From positions 1 through 55,960 of IMG/VR virus record IMGVR_UViG_3300029893_000010: DNA of 55,960 bases; one strand, given 5' to 3'. The stretch is from a virus (lineage: Duplodnaviria > Caudoviricetes). The position numbers were made by a program, and so were the translations under genes. Below the pieces are notes generated by a model, which saw only the letters and a program-made list of their open reading frames with translations, was not told where the DNA came from and searched no databases. Shown piece by piece: positions 35,966 through 44,816 of this stretch (the first letter of the stretch is position 1; each line of letters opens with the position of its first letter).

Positions 35966-36504
35966 GCCATCCCCTGTAACTGCCGTACCACCGCATGTGC
36001 CACCATCAGGTGCAGATCCTCCTGCACCCGGATGTCGTCCGCCATCACATGCACCAGCGCGTTCAGCCCAATATTGTTGATCTCACTGGACAGCGACGGT
36101 CCAGTCATCCCAACCGACAGGATGCCCTCGTCAACCCCATACGACAACGTACGAAGAACGTTCTCAGAATTTCCTGAACACGAGATGCCCACCAATCCGT
36201 CCTTCGGACGAACCAGACCACGCACCAGATCCGAGAACATGTTCCGCCACCCATTGTCATTCCCATACGCGAATACAGAACTGCTCATATCCCCCACGCA
36301 CATTGCCTTCACCTTCGCCACCTTCACAAGGTCGTTCGCCAGATGACTCGCTGTGGCATGACTCCCTCCGTTCCCGAACAGGTACACCGTGCCTCCGTTC
36401 CGCTTTACCACTTCCAACATCATCACCATCTGGTCGATCTCGTCCATGTTCAACAATGTCATCGCTTCGCTGACTTCCGATAGATGCTTCCTGATCTGTG
36501 TCAT
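35962..36504 (-). CDS. gmhA: Phosphoheptose isomerase (SIS domain)
   Basis: FGNGGS, AYGND, GISCSGNSENV, VQEDLH. Confidence 0.85.
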   Translation of the reverse strand: MTQIRKHLSEVSEAMTLLNMDEIDQMVMMLEVVKRNGGTVYLFGNGGSHATASHLANDLVKVAKVKAMCVGDMSSSVFAYGNDNGWRNMFSDLVRGLVRPKDGLVGISCSGNSENVLRTLSYGVDEGILSVGMTGPSLSSEINNIGLNALVHVMADDIRVQEDLHLMVAHAVVRQLQGMA

Positions 36505-36636
36505 ATTATTCTCCTTTTGATGTGCATTATACCGTTTTATTCCTGTTAGGTAATGGGGTTTGGATTGAAATTTGAGATATTTTTTATTTCAGGTAGTGCG
36601 TGTTGGAGAGAAAAGAAAAGAATAATTTTCGTTTTT

Positions 36637-36650
36637 AGAACATTTGTTCA
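36637..36650. promoter_or_regulatory. LexA-type SOS box
   Basis: AGAAC-ATTT-GTTCA (GAAC-N4-GTTC) in the divergent intergenic region. Confidence 0.5.
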
Positions 36651-36716
36651 TTCCAGGGGTTGACCAGGGGATTTTTTTCTGCAATGTTTCTGCAATGAAA
36701 TTGCAATGAAAAACAC

Positions 36717-36744
36717 TTGCAATTTATATCATTTGTGCTAAAAT
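36717..36744 (+). promoter_or_regulatory. Early promoter
   Basis: TTGCAA-N16-TAAAAT with an extended TG. Confidence 0.6.
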
Positions 36745-36878
36745 ACATACAGATAAGAAAAACAGCACACTGACAACTGAATAACCTGTACTGAAAAAGG
36801 AACGATCTATGATTGACTAGCAAGATTGAGCGAGCGGATCATAAATCGGAGATGCAAAACCTACCAGTGATAACAGGA

Positions 36879-36937
36879 TGATAGTCTGGTGAATAAATCA
36901 CCACTGAGGAGCGGTAGCACGATCCGCGAAACTATCA
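36879..36937 (+). ncRNA. Type III hammerhead ribozyme
   Basis: TGATAG-TC | TGGTGA-ATAAA-TCACCA | CTGAGGA | GCGG-loop-CCGC | GAAA-CTATCA. All three stems are perfect, the core is complete, and the GUC cleavage site follows 36886. Confidence 0.9.
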
Positions 36938-36952
36938 AACAAAGGATACCCA

Positions 36953-37117
36953 ATGAACCGATACACAACCGAGATCCTCCCTAATGGCTATATCCGCATA
37001 TACGACCGCCGCAGCCAGTGGGCGGGGCTGTACACCACAGACGGAAAGTACCAAAACGGGAACCTACGCCTTTCATGGGCGGATGCTATCAAGATCATTA
37101 TGGGAGTCGTGAGATGA
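36953..37117 (+). CDS. Small early protein
   Basis: AAAGGA RBS; manual translation MNRYTTEIL... Confidence 0.6.
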   Translation: MNRYTTEILPNGYIRIYDRRSQWAGLYTTDGKYQNGNLRLSWADAIKIIMGVVR

Positions 37118-37290
37118 CAATCACTCTCTTTGGCTATCGCGTAACTATTTTCAAGTTTGAAAAACTGGAAAAATTCGCAGCAAGCATTGACACTGCCGGC
37201 GCCCGCCGTGACGCAGAACAGATCAAGAATTCGGCGCAATTCGCCGACCTCAAAGCAAAGGCCGCAGCGATCCGCGCGGCGAGAGGATAA
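37114..37290 (+). CDS. Small early protein
   Basis: ATGA coupling; GGAG RBS. Confidence 0.55.
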   Translation: MTITLFGYRVTIFKFEKLEKFAASIDTAGARRDAEQIKNSAQFADLKAKAAAIRAARG

Positions 37291-37293
37291 ACC

Positions 37294-37446
37294 ATGAAAA
37301 AAAATACTTATTACCCTACAAATAAAGGCACGACATTACAAGAAAAGCGGGCGATCCGGCGCGGGTGGATCAACTATGTTTTGCAAAGTGGCAAGTACTC
37401 ACTGTCAGAGATCAAAAAAGCCGTCAGATTTTACGAAATGCGATAG
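37294..37446 (+). CDS. Small early protein
   Basis: GAGGA RBS; MKKNTYYP... Confidence 0.55.
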   Translation: MKKNTYYPTNKGTTLQEKRAIRRGWINYVLQSGKYSLSEIKKAVRFYEMR

Positions 37447-37471
37447 TTTGTCATAACGAAAGGAAAAAATC

Positions 37472-37684
37472 ATGAACCAAGTAAGCCGCCTTTGTTGGAT
37501 TATTGAACAGCATATCGGACACACTCGAAAATTCACATCCACAAAAAGAACCATTGAACTGTACCGCTTTGTTGGGACCCGTATACAAAGCGTCTCACTT
37601 GTTGTAGACCTAAAAAACCCGCGACTATTATCACTGCGCCGTGAAGTTAGGCGCATGGTAAAAGCGGGGTGGAGAGTTTACTAA
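37472..37684 (+). CDS. Small early protein
   Basis: GAAAGGA RBS. Confidence 0.55.
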   Translation: MNQVSRLCWIIEQHIGHTRKFTSTKRTIELYRFVGTRIQSVSLVVDLKNPRLLSLRREVRRMVKAGWRVY

Positions 37685-37787
37685 TTTTATCCCCTGCTCG
37701 TGACTATCACCCGCGTGATAGTCATCATGGAAGGGATAAACCCGACCCGCCGAAAGGCGCAAACCTAACCCCGAAAGGATAAAGATC

Positions 37788-38174
37788 ATGTTTCAAAAGA
37801 ACTACAAAAAAGCCCTACGCGCAGAGATTATCGCCCGCATCAACTTTGACGGCTATCTCTCCACCGACGAACAGCCAAAGACCGCCGACGAAAAAATCAT
37901 CCTGCTTGTCAACACCGCCAAGGCAGAAGTTGGTCACGAATTCGAGCGACATGGAACCCATGCCGGCCTCAAATATTGGTTGTCTGGTCTCCCGTCTGTG
38001 ATCGACCTGCCGGTTTATAACGGCGAAGTTGTAGAATTTGCCGAGAAAATCGGGTCCGTTGTCAATCCGACCGAAAAAGAAGCCGAAAAAATCACCGAGA
38101 ATTTCTACGGCTTTATGGCTTCGGCTATTTACCAGATGTACTATGAAGCGACCCGCCGAATGTCTCGCAAATAA
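37788..38174 (+). CDS. Early hypothetical protein
   Basis: GAAAGGA RBS; WLSGLPSVID motif. Confidence 0.7.
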   Translation: MFQKNYKKALRAEIIARINFDGYLSTDEQPKTADEKIILLVNTAKAEVGHEFERHGTHAGLKYWLSGLPSVIDLPVYNGEVVEFAEKIGSVVNPTEKEAEKITENFYGFMASAIYQMYYEATRRMSRK

Positions 38175-38275
38175 TTTGCCCCGTGCTAGTGCCTATAATC
38201 TCCCGCCGATTGTAGGCATTATGGACCGGACAAACATCCGCCACTAACCCCTAACCCCGAAAGGAAAAAAAGATC

Positions 38276-38554
38276 ATGAGAGACCGAGTCAAGCAATCCG
38301 ACCTTGAAGCCCTTGTATACACGATCAACCAACTGACAGGATCGCCTACCGAATACTCAACCAAGCAATCAGACGGCACGCATAAGACCAACGTTGGCCA
38401 CTACTGCCTTTCATACGCCTATGGTGGTGTGAATCTTCATCGCGTCGTGTCTGACGGCGGCGGCGTCACCACCCCTTTGGGCGGCGGTTATCACACCAAG
38501 CGTGAACTTTACTACCGCCTGCAATCCTTCATCAACGGATTGACCGCCCGATAA
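38276..38554 (+). CDS. Early hypothetical protein
   Basis: GAAAGGA RBS; AYGGV.L...GG motif. Confidence 0.7.
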   Translation: MRDRVKQSDLEALVYTINQLTGSPTEYSTKQSDGTHKTNVGHYCLSYAYGGVNLHRVVSDGGGVTTPLGGGYHTKRELYYRLQSFINGLTAR

Positions 38555-38646
38555 TCTGACAGGATAACCCGCCCGGCGCAAGATCGCGCACTCGAAAAGC
38601 CGGGCGGCATTCCTGAATTATTCCCAAACCCGAAAGGATAACCACC

Positions 38647-38865
38647 ATGACCACCCAGACCACCAAAGTTATTTTCAAACGCTGCCCCGAAGGGGATGTG
38701 ATCGCCCTCTTCCCCACCCTGCCGGGCACTCGTGACCCGTACTCGACCTGCATGTCCTACATGCACACCGGACAACACGGTCACGCATCCACCGACCTCT
38801 TCACCCTCCCGCCCGCACAACCCGCCGAATACGCCGACCTCGCCGCACGCAAGAACGCCCTCTAA
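38647..38865 (+). CDS. Early hypothetical protein
   Basis: GAAAGGA RBS; VIALFP...SYMHTGQHG. Confidence 0.7.
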   Translation: MTTQTTKVIFKRCPEGDVIALFPTLPGTRDPYSTCMSYMHTGQHGHASTDLFTLPPAQPAEYADLAARKNAL

Positions 38866-38874
38866 GGAGACATC

Positions 38875-39168
38875 ATGAGAGGCTTATTGACCCTACTCTA
38901 CACCCTGCAAGCCCTTGGCAATGCCTACCTCGCTGGACAGAAAAAACAGCGAGAGATCGACCGGCATAACCAGGAACGCATCATCCGCGACCAACGCATC
39001 CAGCAGGAACACAACCGCACGCTCGTCTCCGATATGAACATCGAAGAACGCGCCCTCGTCCTGAAGGAACGCGAACTCGAATTGCGTAAACGCGAACTGG
39101 AGATCATCAAGGCGGAACGCGCCCTCGGTCTCAATGGCACCGAATTTACCCCGGATAACTACGATTAG
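38875..39168 (+). CDS. Coiled-coil hypothetical protein
   Basis: AAGGAG RBS. Confidence 0.6.
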   Translation: MRGLLTLLYTLQALGNAYLAGQKKQREIDRHNQERIIRDQRIQQEHNRTLVSDMNIEERALVLKERELELRKRELEIIKAERALGLNGTEFTPDNYD

Positions 39169-39182
39169 TTTGCGCCCTGCTA

Positions 39183-39440
39183 TCACCCTGCTTTGATCGC
39201 CCGCTCCATGTTGCGCTTGACACGCACATTGCCAAGGATCTCATCAAAGCGTTTTCGTTCGGCGGGAGTGAGACGTGCCAGCCACTCCCGCACGTAGGAT
39301 GCGCACGCATCCCGCACCGGACCCGCATACGATCCGCCATCCCCGCGAAAATAGGCAATGGCCGTCAACGCCTCTTTCGTCCCATCATCGCGCAACAACA
39401 CCGTGATCTGCTCCGTAAAATCTTGACCCTTCTTTGGCAT
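39183..39440 (-). CDS. Putative small DNA-binding regulator (divergent switch gene)
   Basis: Single leftward gene with GGAGG RBS, back-to-back with a rightward promoter. Confidence 0.5.
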   Translation of the reverse strand: MPKKGQDFTEQITVLLRDDGTKEALTAIAYFRGDGGSYAGPVRDACASYVREWLARLTPAERKRFDEILGNVRVKRNMERAIKAG

Positions 39441-39512
39441 GACATCCTCCAGTTTGGTACGTATCGGAATTACGCCCCAATTATAACCTCGTAACCCTGT
39501 CATTTTCTGCTA

Positions 39513-39541
39513 TTGACAGTTTAGACTATATATGCTAATAT
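39513..39541 (+). promoter_or_regulatory. Sigma70 promoter
   Basis: TTGACA-N17-TAATAT with TG extension. Confidence 0.65.
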
Positions 39542-39561
39542 ACACAACGAAAGGATACACC

Positions 39562-40020
39562 ATGGCACGCACACGCAATAACCAATTCATCGGCATGGCA
39601 GCCCATTACGAAAAACGCGATCAACGCGATCTTATCGACTGGCAGAACCGTCTCGCACGCAAACGCGCCGAAGAACGGGAGTGCGTCCGCGAACGCAAGA
39701 TCATGCAGGGATGCGTCAACGTCTTTGGCGACCTGTTCGTCCAGTGGTATGACTCCCCTGCCGTCCCGGATGAGGGATACGCCCGCGACCGCATCGCCCT
39801 CATCCGCGCATGGGCGCGTGAACAGTTGCGCATCGCGCACTCCATCACCCCGCAAATGGAAGAGGATATGGACATCATTCACGAACTGGTCCGGGCGTCG
39901 GCGTATTCGGACGCCCAAACCTCCTATGACCAGCCCGACCCGCACGCCGTCATCGAATCGTATCTGATCGACCGCCAGATCACGGACGCCTGGGCGGACA
40001 TCCCGGAGATCGAACTATGA
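39562..40020 (+). CDS. Hypothetical protein
   Basis: GAAAGGA RBS. Confidence 0.65.
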   Translation: MARTRNNQFIGMAAHYEKRDQRDLIDWQNRLARKRAEERECVRERKIMQGCVNVFGDLFVQWYDSPAVPDEGYARDRIALIRAWAREQLRIAHSITPQMEEDMDIIHELVRASAYSDAQTSYDQPDPHAVIESYLIDRQITDAWADIPEIEL

Positions 40021-40550
40021 CCGCCATCGTCCAGGACATCCCGTTTGCCATTGTCCTCGACACCGACCATTCCTTCACGCCCGCCGAAGTGCAGCCCGTG
40101 ATCGACGGCTACGTCTGCGCGATCTGCCACGCCGAACTCGTTGAGGTGCAGGTGCCGAACGAACAGCGCCGTCTCATCGTCTGTCCCGAACACGGCAACG
40201 TCTGCGACTGCGGACGCGTCACCCGCGCCACGGTTTCCATCGAATACGAACGCGCGTACAGGTCCTACCATGAGGTCATCCGAAACCTCTCCGATCTGTG
40301 GGGTCATCTCGCAGATCAGGGCTTCGACCGCAACAAGGCGTCCATCATCACCAAAAATTACGTCTGCGCCGTCTGCGGAGGAACCCTGTATATGTTCATC
40401 CGCTCCGATGATCGCTTCGGCGACATCATCGACATCAAGTGCTCGTCTCACGGCAATATCAACCTTTGCGGGCACACCAAGAAATCCGAATTCGTCTATG
40501 ACTTCCAGCGCATCCGCGCATGGGAGCGAGAAAACAGAAAAAGGAGATAA
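40017..40550 (+). CDS. Double zinc-finger protein
   Basis: Two YVCAxC...CxxHGN repeats. Confidence 0.7.
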   Translation: MTAIVQDIPFAIVLDTDHSFTPAEVQPVIDGYVCAICHAELVEVQVPNEQRRLIVCPEHGNVCDCGRVTRATVSIEYERAYRSYHEVIRNLSDLWGHLADQGFDRNKASIITKNYVCAVCGGTLYMFIRSDDRFGDIIDIKCSSHGNINLCGHTKKSEFVYDFQRIRAWERENRKRR

Positions 40551-40552
40551 TC

Positions 40553-41608
40553 ATGCCTATCGCAAACCTCACCACCGGAACCAATCAGACCTTTATGAAA
40601 CTCGGAAAGATCCGCAAAGGCGACCGCGGCGGAAAGAACGGCGCTCCGCGCGACCTCGACCACTTCCGCGTCACCTTCATGGACGGCGCCAAGGCGAAGG
40701 AACTGGAGGATGCCTTCCGCTCCATCTACGGACCGGAACCCACCGAGATCAACGTGCGTGTCCCGTACAACGACATTCCCCGCTTCTGGGACGCCAATTA
40801 CGAATGCTACAAGCAGGGCGGACTCGTGGCGCAGGCTGGATCGACCGCGGATGGGGATTACTGGATCTTCTACCGAGACCCCGAATCCTCCGAGGTGCTC
40901 GTGCGCAACGGTCAGTCGGTTGGAGAGGCGGGACGCATGTTCCTTGCCAACAACCCATGCGACGTGACCAAGCCGATCTACTACAACGCCGCCAACGAAC
41001 CCGTCATGATGAAACCTGCCGGACGCCTGCAAGTCGTGATCCCCGAACTGGCGGGAATCGAGGTCGGGTACTTCGAGTTCACTCCCACCTCCCCACGCGA
41101 CATCCGTACCCTCTCCGCCGAACTGGCAGCCTTTGACGCCATCGCCAAGTCGTTCGGCAAGGGCTTGGCGGGTGTGCCGTTCAAACTCATCCGTCGCAGG
41201 GAGACCGTCACCAAGAAGATCAAGGATAAACTCACACAGGGCGAATCATGGGTCGTGCATATCACGACCGGCGGAGATTGGGGCACAAAAGCCCTGGAAG
41301 CCGTGGAACGCATGGCGCTCCCGGACGTGGTGGACGTGGAGCCGGAGGACATCACCGACTACGAAACGACCGACATCATTGACATCACTCCCCCGCAGAT
41401 CCCTCCCACGGTCGGCGCACTCACTCCCATGCCGTACGAACAGGCAGTGAAGGTCACGATCCAAGGCAGGGATAAGACCGTCAAGCGCATCGCGGACCTG
41501 GACCGCACCAAGATGGAGTGGATCGTCCGCAACCCGGACAAAACCTCAAAGGAACAGCAGGACGCCGCCCGCACCATCTTGATCGTCGATCATGGAGTGC
41601 AACTCTAA
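40553..41608 (+). CDS. Putative recombination / ssDNA-annealing protein (Gp3-like family)
   Basis: LGKIRKG...DLDHFRV...GRLQVVIPEL...GVPFKLIRR motifs. Confidence 0.6.
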   Translation: MPIANLTTGTNQTFMKLGKIRKGDRGGKNGAPRDLDHFRVTFMDGAKAKELEDAFRSIYGPEPTEINVRVPYNDIPRFWDANYECYKQGGLVAQAGSTADGDYWIFYRDPESSEVLVRNGQSVGEAGRMFLANNPCDVTKPIYYNAANEPVMMKPAGRLQVVIPELAGIEVGYFEFTPTSPRDIRTLSAELAAFDAIAKSFGKGLAGVPFKLIRRRETVTKKIKDKLTQGESWVVHITTGGDWGTKALEAVERMALPDVVDVEPEDITDYETTDIIDITPPQIPPTVGALTPMPYEQAVKVTIQGRDKTVKRIADLDRTKMEWIVRNPDKTSKEQQDAARTILIVDHGVQL

Positions 41609-41934
41609 TGTCCACCGTCTACCTCATCCACTTTGAGCGCCCCATTGGCAGCAAACGCCATCACGCGCAGCACTACGTCGGATTCACGACGCGTCCCATC
41701 GAGGAGCGAATGGCGGAACATCGCGCGACACGCTGGCAGCCGACCAGAGAATGCAACGGCGCCCACCTGGTCGGCGCAGCCAATTACAACAACATCCCCT
41801 TCCACGTCTGGGCGACATGGAAGGGGGGAAGGAGTCTCGAACGCAAACTCAAATCAACACGAAACCTCAAACGATACTGCCCGATCTGCTCGAACAAACC
41901 CCGCATCTATACCCCAAAAGGAGACACGGAATGA
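41608..41934 (+). CDS. GIY-YIG family nuclease
   Basis: VYLIHF...HYVGFT...ER..EH...ERKLK. Confidence 0.7.
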   Translation: MSTVYLIHFERPIGSKRHHAQHYVGFTTRPIEERMAEHRATRWQPTRECNGAHLVGAANYNNIPFHVWATWKGGRSLERKLKSTRNLKRYCPICSNKPRIYTPKGDTE

Positions 41935-42134
41935 CCAACCCCCCTATTGTCCGATTTACCCCAGACGAAACTCTGGACCTCTCTGATGTGCGCCAGATGA
42001 CCTACAACGAACCGAATGACGCCCTGCACATCACGTTCAAGAACGGCGACACATTCGACATCTCGCTCTCCAGTGGCGGGCAACGCATCTGGGACGCCTA
42101 CCTGCTTTACACGTTCCTGATCGTGGAGGAATAA
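41931..42134 (+). CDS. Hypothetical protein
   Basis: AAGGAG RBS; ATGA coupling. Confidence 0.55.
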   Translation: MTNPPIVRFTPDETLDLSDVRQMTYNEPNDALHITFKNGDTFDISLSSGGQRIWDAYLLYTFLIVEE

Positions 42135-42463
42135 TGCCGCAGCCGCTCACTCATATCTCCGAGGGCGAAGAATATCCAGCCCACCTTGAGAGGATGTACG
42201 CCTGGATGCAGGCGTACATAGAAAATAACGGATTCCCGCCCACCACCCACGAACTCGTCGATGCCGGGTTTGCTCGATCCACCAGCGTGGTGGTCTACTA
42301 CCTGAAAAAAATGCAGGAATTCGGGATGCTCGCCCGCACGCACCGCATCGTCCGCGGCATCCGCCTGCATCCGCGAAAGGTGTGGAAAAAACACGCCACC
42401 TCCGTCCCGCACGTGTACCAACAGACCCCAGAAAGGAAACCGAAATATGCAAACACTGATTGA
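42134..42463 (+). CDS. LexA-like winged-HTH DNA-binding protein (no peptidase domain)
   Basis: YIENNGFPPTTHEL...STSVV.YYL...RGIRL. Confidence 0.75.
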   Translation: MPQPLTHISEGEEYPAHLERMYAWMQAYIENNGFPPTTHELVDAGFARSTSVVVYYLKKMQEFGMLARTHRIVRGIRLHPRKVWKKHATSVPHVYQQTPERKPKYANTD

Positions 42464-42890
42464 CCTGCTGAAACATCTGCACAACGCCCGCCGTGACGCC
42501 GAAAAGGCAAAGGAAACCATGAAAGCCGTCCTCGACGCCGCGAAGGAGGGAGATGTGTACCGAAGCGCCGACCTGGTGCGCGAAATGGCAGAGAAAGACA
42601 TCCAGACCCTTGAGGAACGCATCCACCAACAGGGTCTCGCTGCCTATCTCGAGACCGGAGAAAAGACGGTCAACAAATTCGTGAAAGTCCGCGAAGAGTC
42701 TGTGTTCACCATCACCGACGCCGCAGCCATGCGGACATTCGTCGAAACACGACTGCCCGACGCACTCATCGTGGATGAAAAGAAGGTCAAAAACTACGCG
42801 ACCAAGATCGGCGCGGTGGACGGAACGACCGTCACGAAAGAGCCGAAGGTCACAATCGCCACCGACCTGTCCGAGGTGGAAAATGAGTAA
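42447..42890 (+). CDS. Hypothetical coiled-coil protein (Gam/Gp157-like)
   Basis: GAAAGGA RBS; VDEKKVK...VDG..V..E C-terminus. Confidence 0.55.
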   Translation: MQTLIDLLKHLHNARRDAEKAKETMKAVLDAAKEGDVYRSADLVREMAEKDIQTLEERIHQQGLAAYLETGEKTVNKFVKVREESVFTITDAAAMRTFVETRLPDALIVDEKKVKNYATKIGAVDGTTVTKEPKVTIATDLSEVENE

Positions 42891-43176
42891 CGACAATACC
42901 CTCCACCTTTTGACCCAGCAGGACATCCACCCCACCGCAGAGGATTATCCCTATGTGCGCCTGCTCGAATTGGATGACCTGCTCGAATTGGATGACCTGC
43001 TCGCGGAACTCAACCTGTGCGCAAAATCGTATGGATATTTGGATCTGACCGCAAAAGAGAAACAGCAACGCGCATTGCTGGATTATCGCCAGCAGATCGA
43101 GGCGGACGGGCGAACCTTCGTCCCGCTTGCCGAGCCGGATGAGGTCAGCGGGCTGTATTTTGAGGTGGTGTCATGA
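42883..43176 (+). CDS. Hypothetical protein
   Basis: GAGGT RBS; contains an 18-bp tandem duplication. Confidence 0.55.
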   Translation: MSNDNTLHLLTQQDIHPTAEDYPYVRLLELDDLLELDDLLAELNLCAKSYGYLDLTAKEKQQRALLDYRQQIEADGRTFVPLAEPDEVSGLYFEVVS

Positions 43177-43397
43177 GATTCCAACACATGCGTCAGCCAA
43201 CCCCGCTCGAGAACCGCGTCCTGCGATACATCTCCGAGAATCCGCGCTGCAATGCCGAGGACGTGTGCAACCACTTCGAGAGTGAGATCGACCGATCCGT
43301 TACCGCGCACGCCTGTGGCTATTTGATAGCCGACTTCTGGGTGGACAGCAACCCGGACACCGACCAGTTGACCGTCATCGAGGAGGTGCCATCATGA
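43173..43397 (+). CDS. Small winged-HTH-like protein
   Basis: VLRYISENP.C...V pattern; ATGA coupling. Confidence 0.5.
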   Translation: MRFQHMRQPTPLENRVLRYISENPRCNAEDVCNHFESEIDRSVTAHACGYLIADFWVDSNPDTDQLTVIEEVPS

Positions 43398-43576
43398 CCC
43401 TGCAAGAGAAGGTGGACTATCTCATGAAAAACACCGACAAACTCTCCGGCTACATGGTCGGGATCGTCCAGAACGCAGCCGAATGTATCAGGACCGGACG
43501 GATCGGGTCCATCGGGTACAATACCACCAGATTTATCGACCGCGCCTGCAACAACATCAGGTATGGTCGGAAATAA
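43394..43576 (+). CDS. Hypothetical protein
   Basis: GGAGG RBS. Confidence 0.55.
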   Translation: MTLQEKVDYLMKNTDKLSGYMVGIVQNAAECIRTGRIGSIGYNTTRFIDRACNNIRYGRK

Positions 43577-43619
43577 CGAGACGTATCGGTATTGGGAGGG
43601 TGCGATCCTCTCAATATCG

Positions 43620-43648
43620 TGTACATTCTGTATAAACCCTAGTTCGGC
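43620..43648 (+). other. attI-like site of array B
   Basis: TGTACATTCTGTATAAACCCTAG|TTCGGC; closely matches the array A site. Confidence 0.7.
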
Positions 43649-43674
43649 GCTTACTTGCAAAAGGAGATAAAAAC

Positions 43675-44199
43675 ATGCCCGACACAATCGAAGATATTGA
43701 AGCCGATATTATGTGGCTTGAAGAAGCAATCGGCGAAAATGAAGAAAGGCTTGAAGAACTTACCAGCGAAAATTACAAGCCAGAAGAAAATGCGGATGAT
43801 GAATACCGTGAAAAAGACATCGAAGAACTCACCGAAGGTATTGCGGAATACCGCCGTGAGATTGCAAAGTGTCAAAGAAAAATCGAAAGGCTGAAACGCG
43901 CCGAGCGTGAACGCCAAAATAAAAAGTGGGGTGAGCAAAACCACGATGATTATCGTTGGCTTGCTATCCTCACAGAAGAAGTAGGTGAATTGGCACAGGC
44001 TATTTTGCATGATGAGTTTGGCGGTTCGCACGCTGGCACTGCTAAAACTGAACTCGTTCACGTCGCCGCTGTTGCGGTTCAATGGTTGGAGTGCATGGAA
44101 AGGCGGCAACTAACACAGCGTGCACCGGACGCTACGCCACAGCCGCCATTGCGTGGCGAGGTATGGCGTAGCGATGAAGAATTGCCAACAGGCGTCTAG
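43675..44199 (+). CDS. Cassette B1: acidic coiled coil fused to a MazG-like NTP pyrophosphohydrolase domain
   Basis: ERERQNKKWG...ILTEEVGELAQA...ELVHVAAVA. Confidence 0.7.
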   Translation: MPDTIEDIEADIMWLEEAIGENEERLEELTSENYKPEENADDEYREKDIEELTEGIAEYRREIAKCQRKIERLKRAERERQNKKWGEQNHDDYRWLAILTEEVGELAQAILHDEFGGSHAGTAKTELVHVAAVAVQWLECMERRQLTQRAPDATPQPPLRGEVWRSDEELPTGV

Positions 44200-44226
44200 T
44201 CGCGCCAGTAACGCAAACCGTTAGCC
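44108..44226 (+). other. attC B1
   Basis: AACTAACACAGCGTGCACCGGACGC...GCGCCAGTAACGCAAACCGTTAGCC. Confidence 0.85.
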
Positions 44227-44252
44227 TGCTCCGCGCTTTTGAAAGGTGTCTT

Positions 44253-44771
44253 ATGGAAAAAGACGAACACGAAAGATTAGTAAATCTTGCAATGCAAGTA
44301 GTTAAAGGATTAATGGAAATGCCGCCTGTAAATATAAATTGCAAATGTGGTCATAGTGCTTTTGACCATTCCGACGATACTGGATGCGACGCAAAGGGAT
44401 GCTCCTGCTCAGAAGGGTTTGAGGAGGTCGCCAGCGGTGCGTTGACAAAACTTGAAACAGAGATTGACAATTTACACAGAGAAATCAATCTACTCAAAGC
44501 AACAAATCATCGCCTACGCACAGAGAAGGATAACGACTACGATGCCGCGCTTGAATGGGCGGCGGATTGGGTCACTGGGGCACAGTTATCTGGTCACAGT
44601 GATGAAGTCCAAGAATATGCTCGCAACATGGCAATGTCCATTCGGGCAGCAAAGCGCGGGCTAACAAAGCGTGCACTGGACGGGGCTTGCGAGTCTTGCA
44701 AATTAGAACTCACCCCGTCATGTCCAATCCGCACTGGTAATGGCTGTGATTTATTCCAGCCCCGCCAGTAA
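44253..44771 (+). CDS. Cassette B2 Cys/His-rich protein
   Basis: CKCGH...H...C...CSC.F motif; stop in L'. Confidence 0.7.
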   Translation: MEKDEHERLVNLAMQVVKGLMEMPPVNINCKCGHSAFDHSDDTGCDAKGCSCSEGFEEVASGALTKLETEIDNLHREINLLKATNHRLRTEKDNDYDAALEWAADWVTGAQLSGHSDEVQEYARNMAMSIRAAKRGLTKRALDGACESCKLELTPSCPIRTGNGCDLFQPRQ

Positions 44772-44786
44772 CGCAATCCGTTCGGC
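44659..44786 (+). other. attC B2
   Basis: GGCTAACAAAGCGTGCACTGGACGGGG...CCCCGCCAGTAACGCAATCCGTTCGGC. Confidence 0.9.
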
Positions 44787-44816
44787 GGACTGCTCAACAG
44801 CATAAAGGAGATTTCA

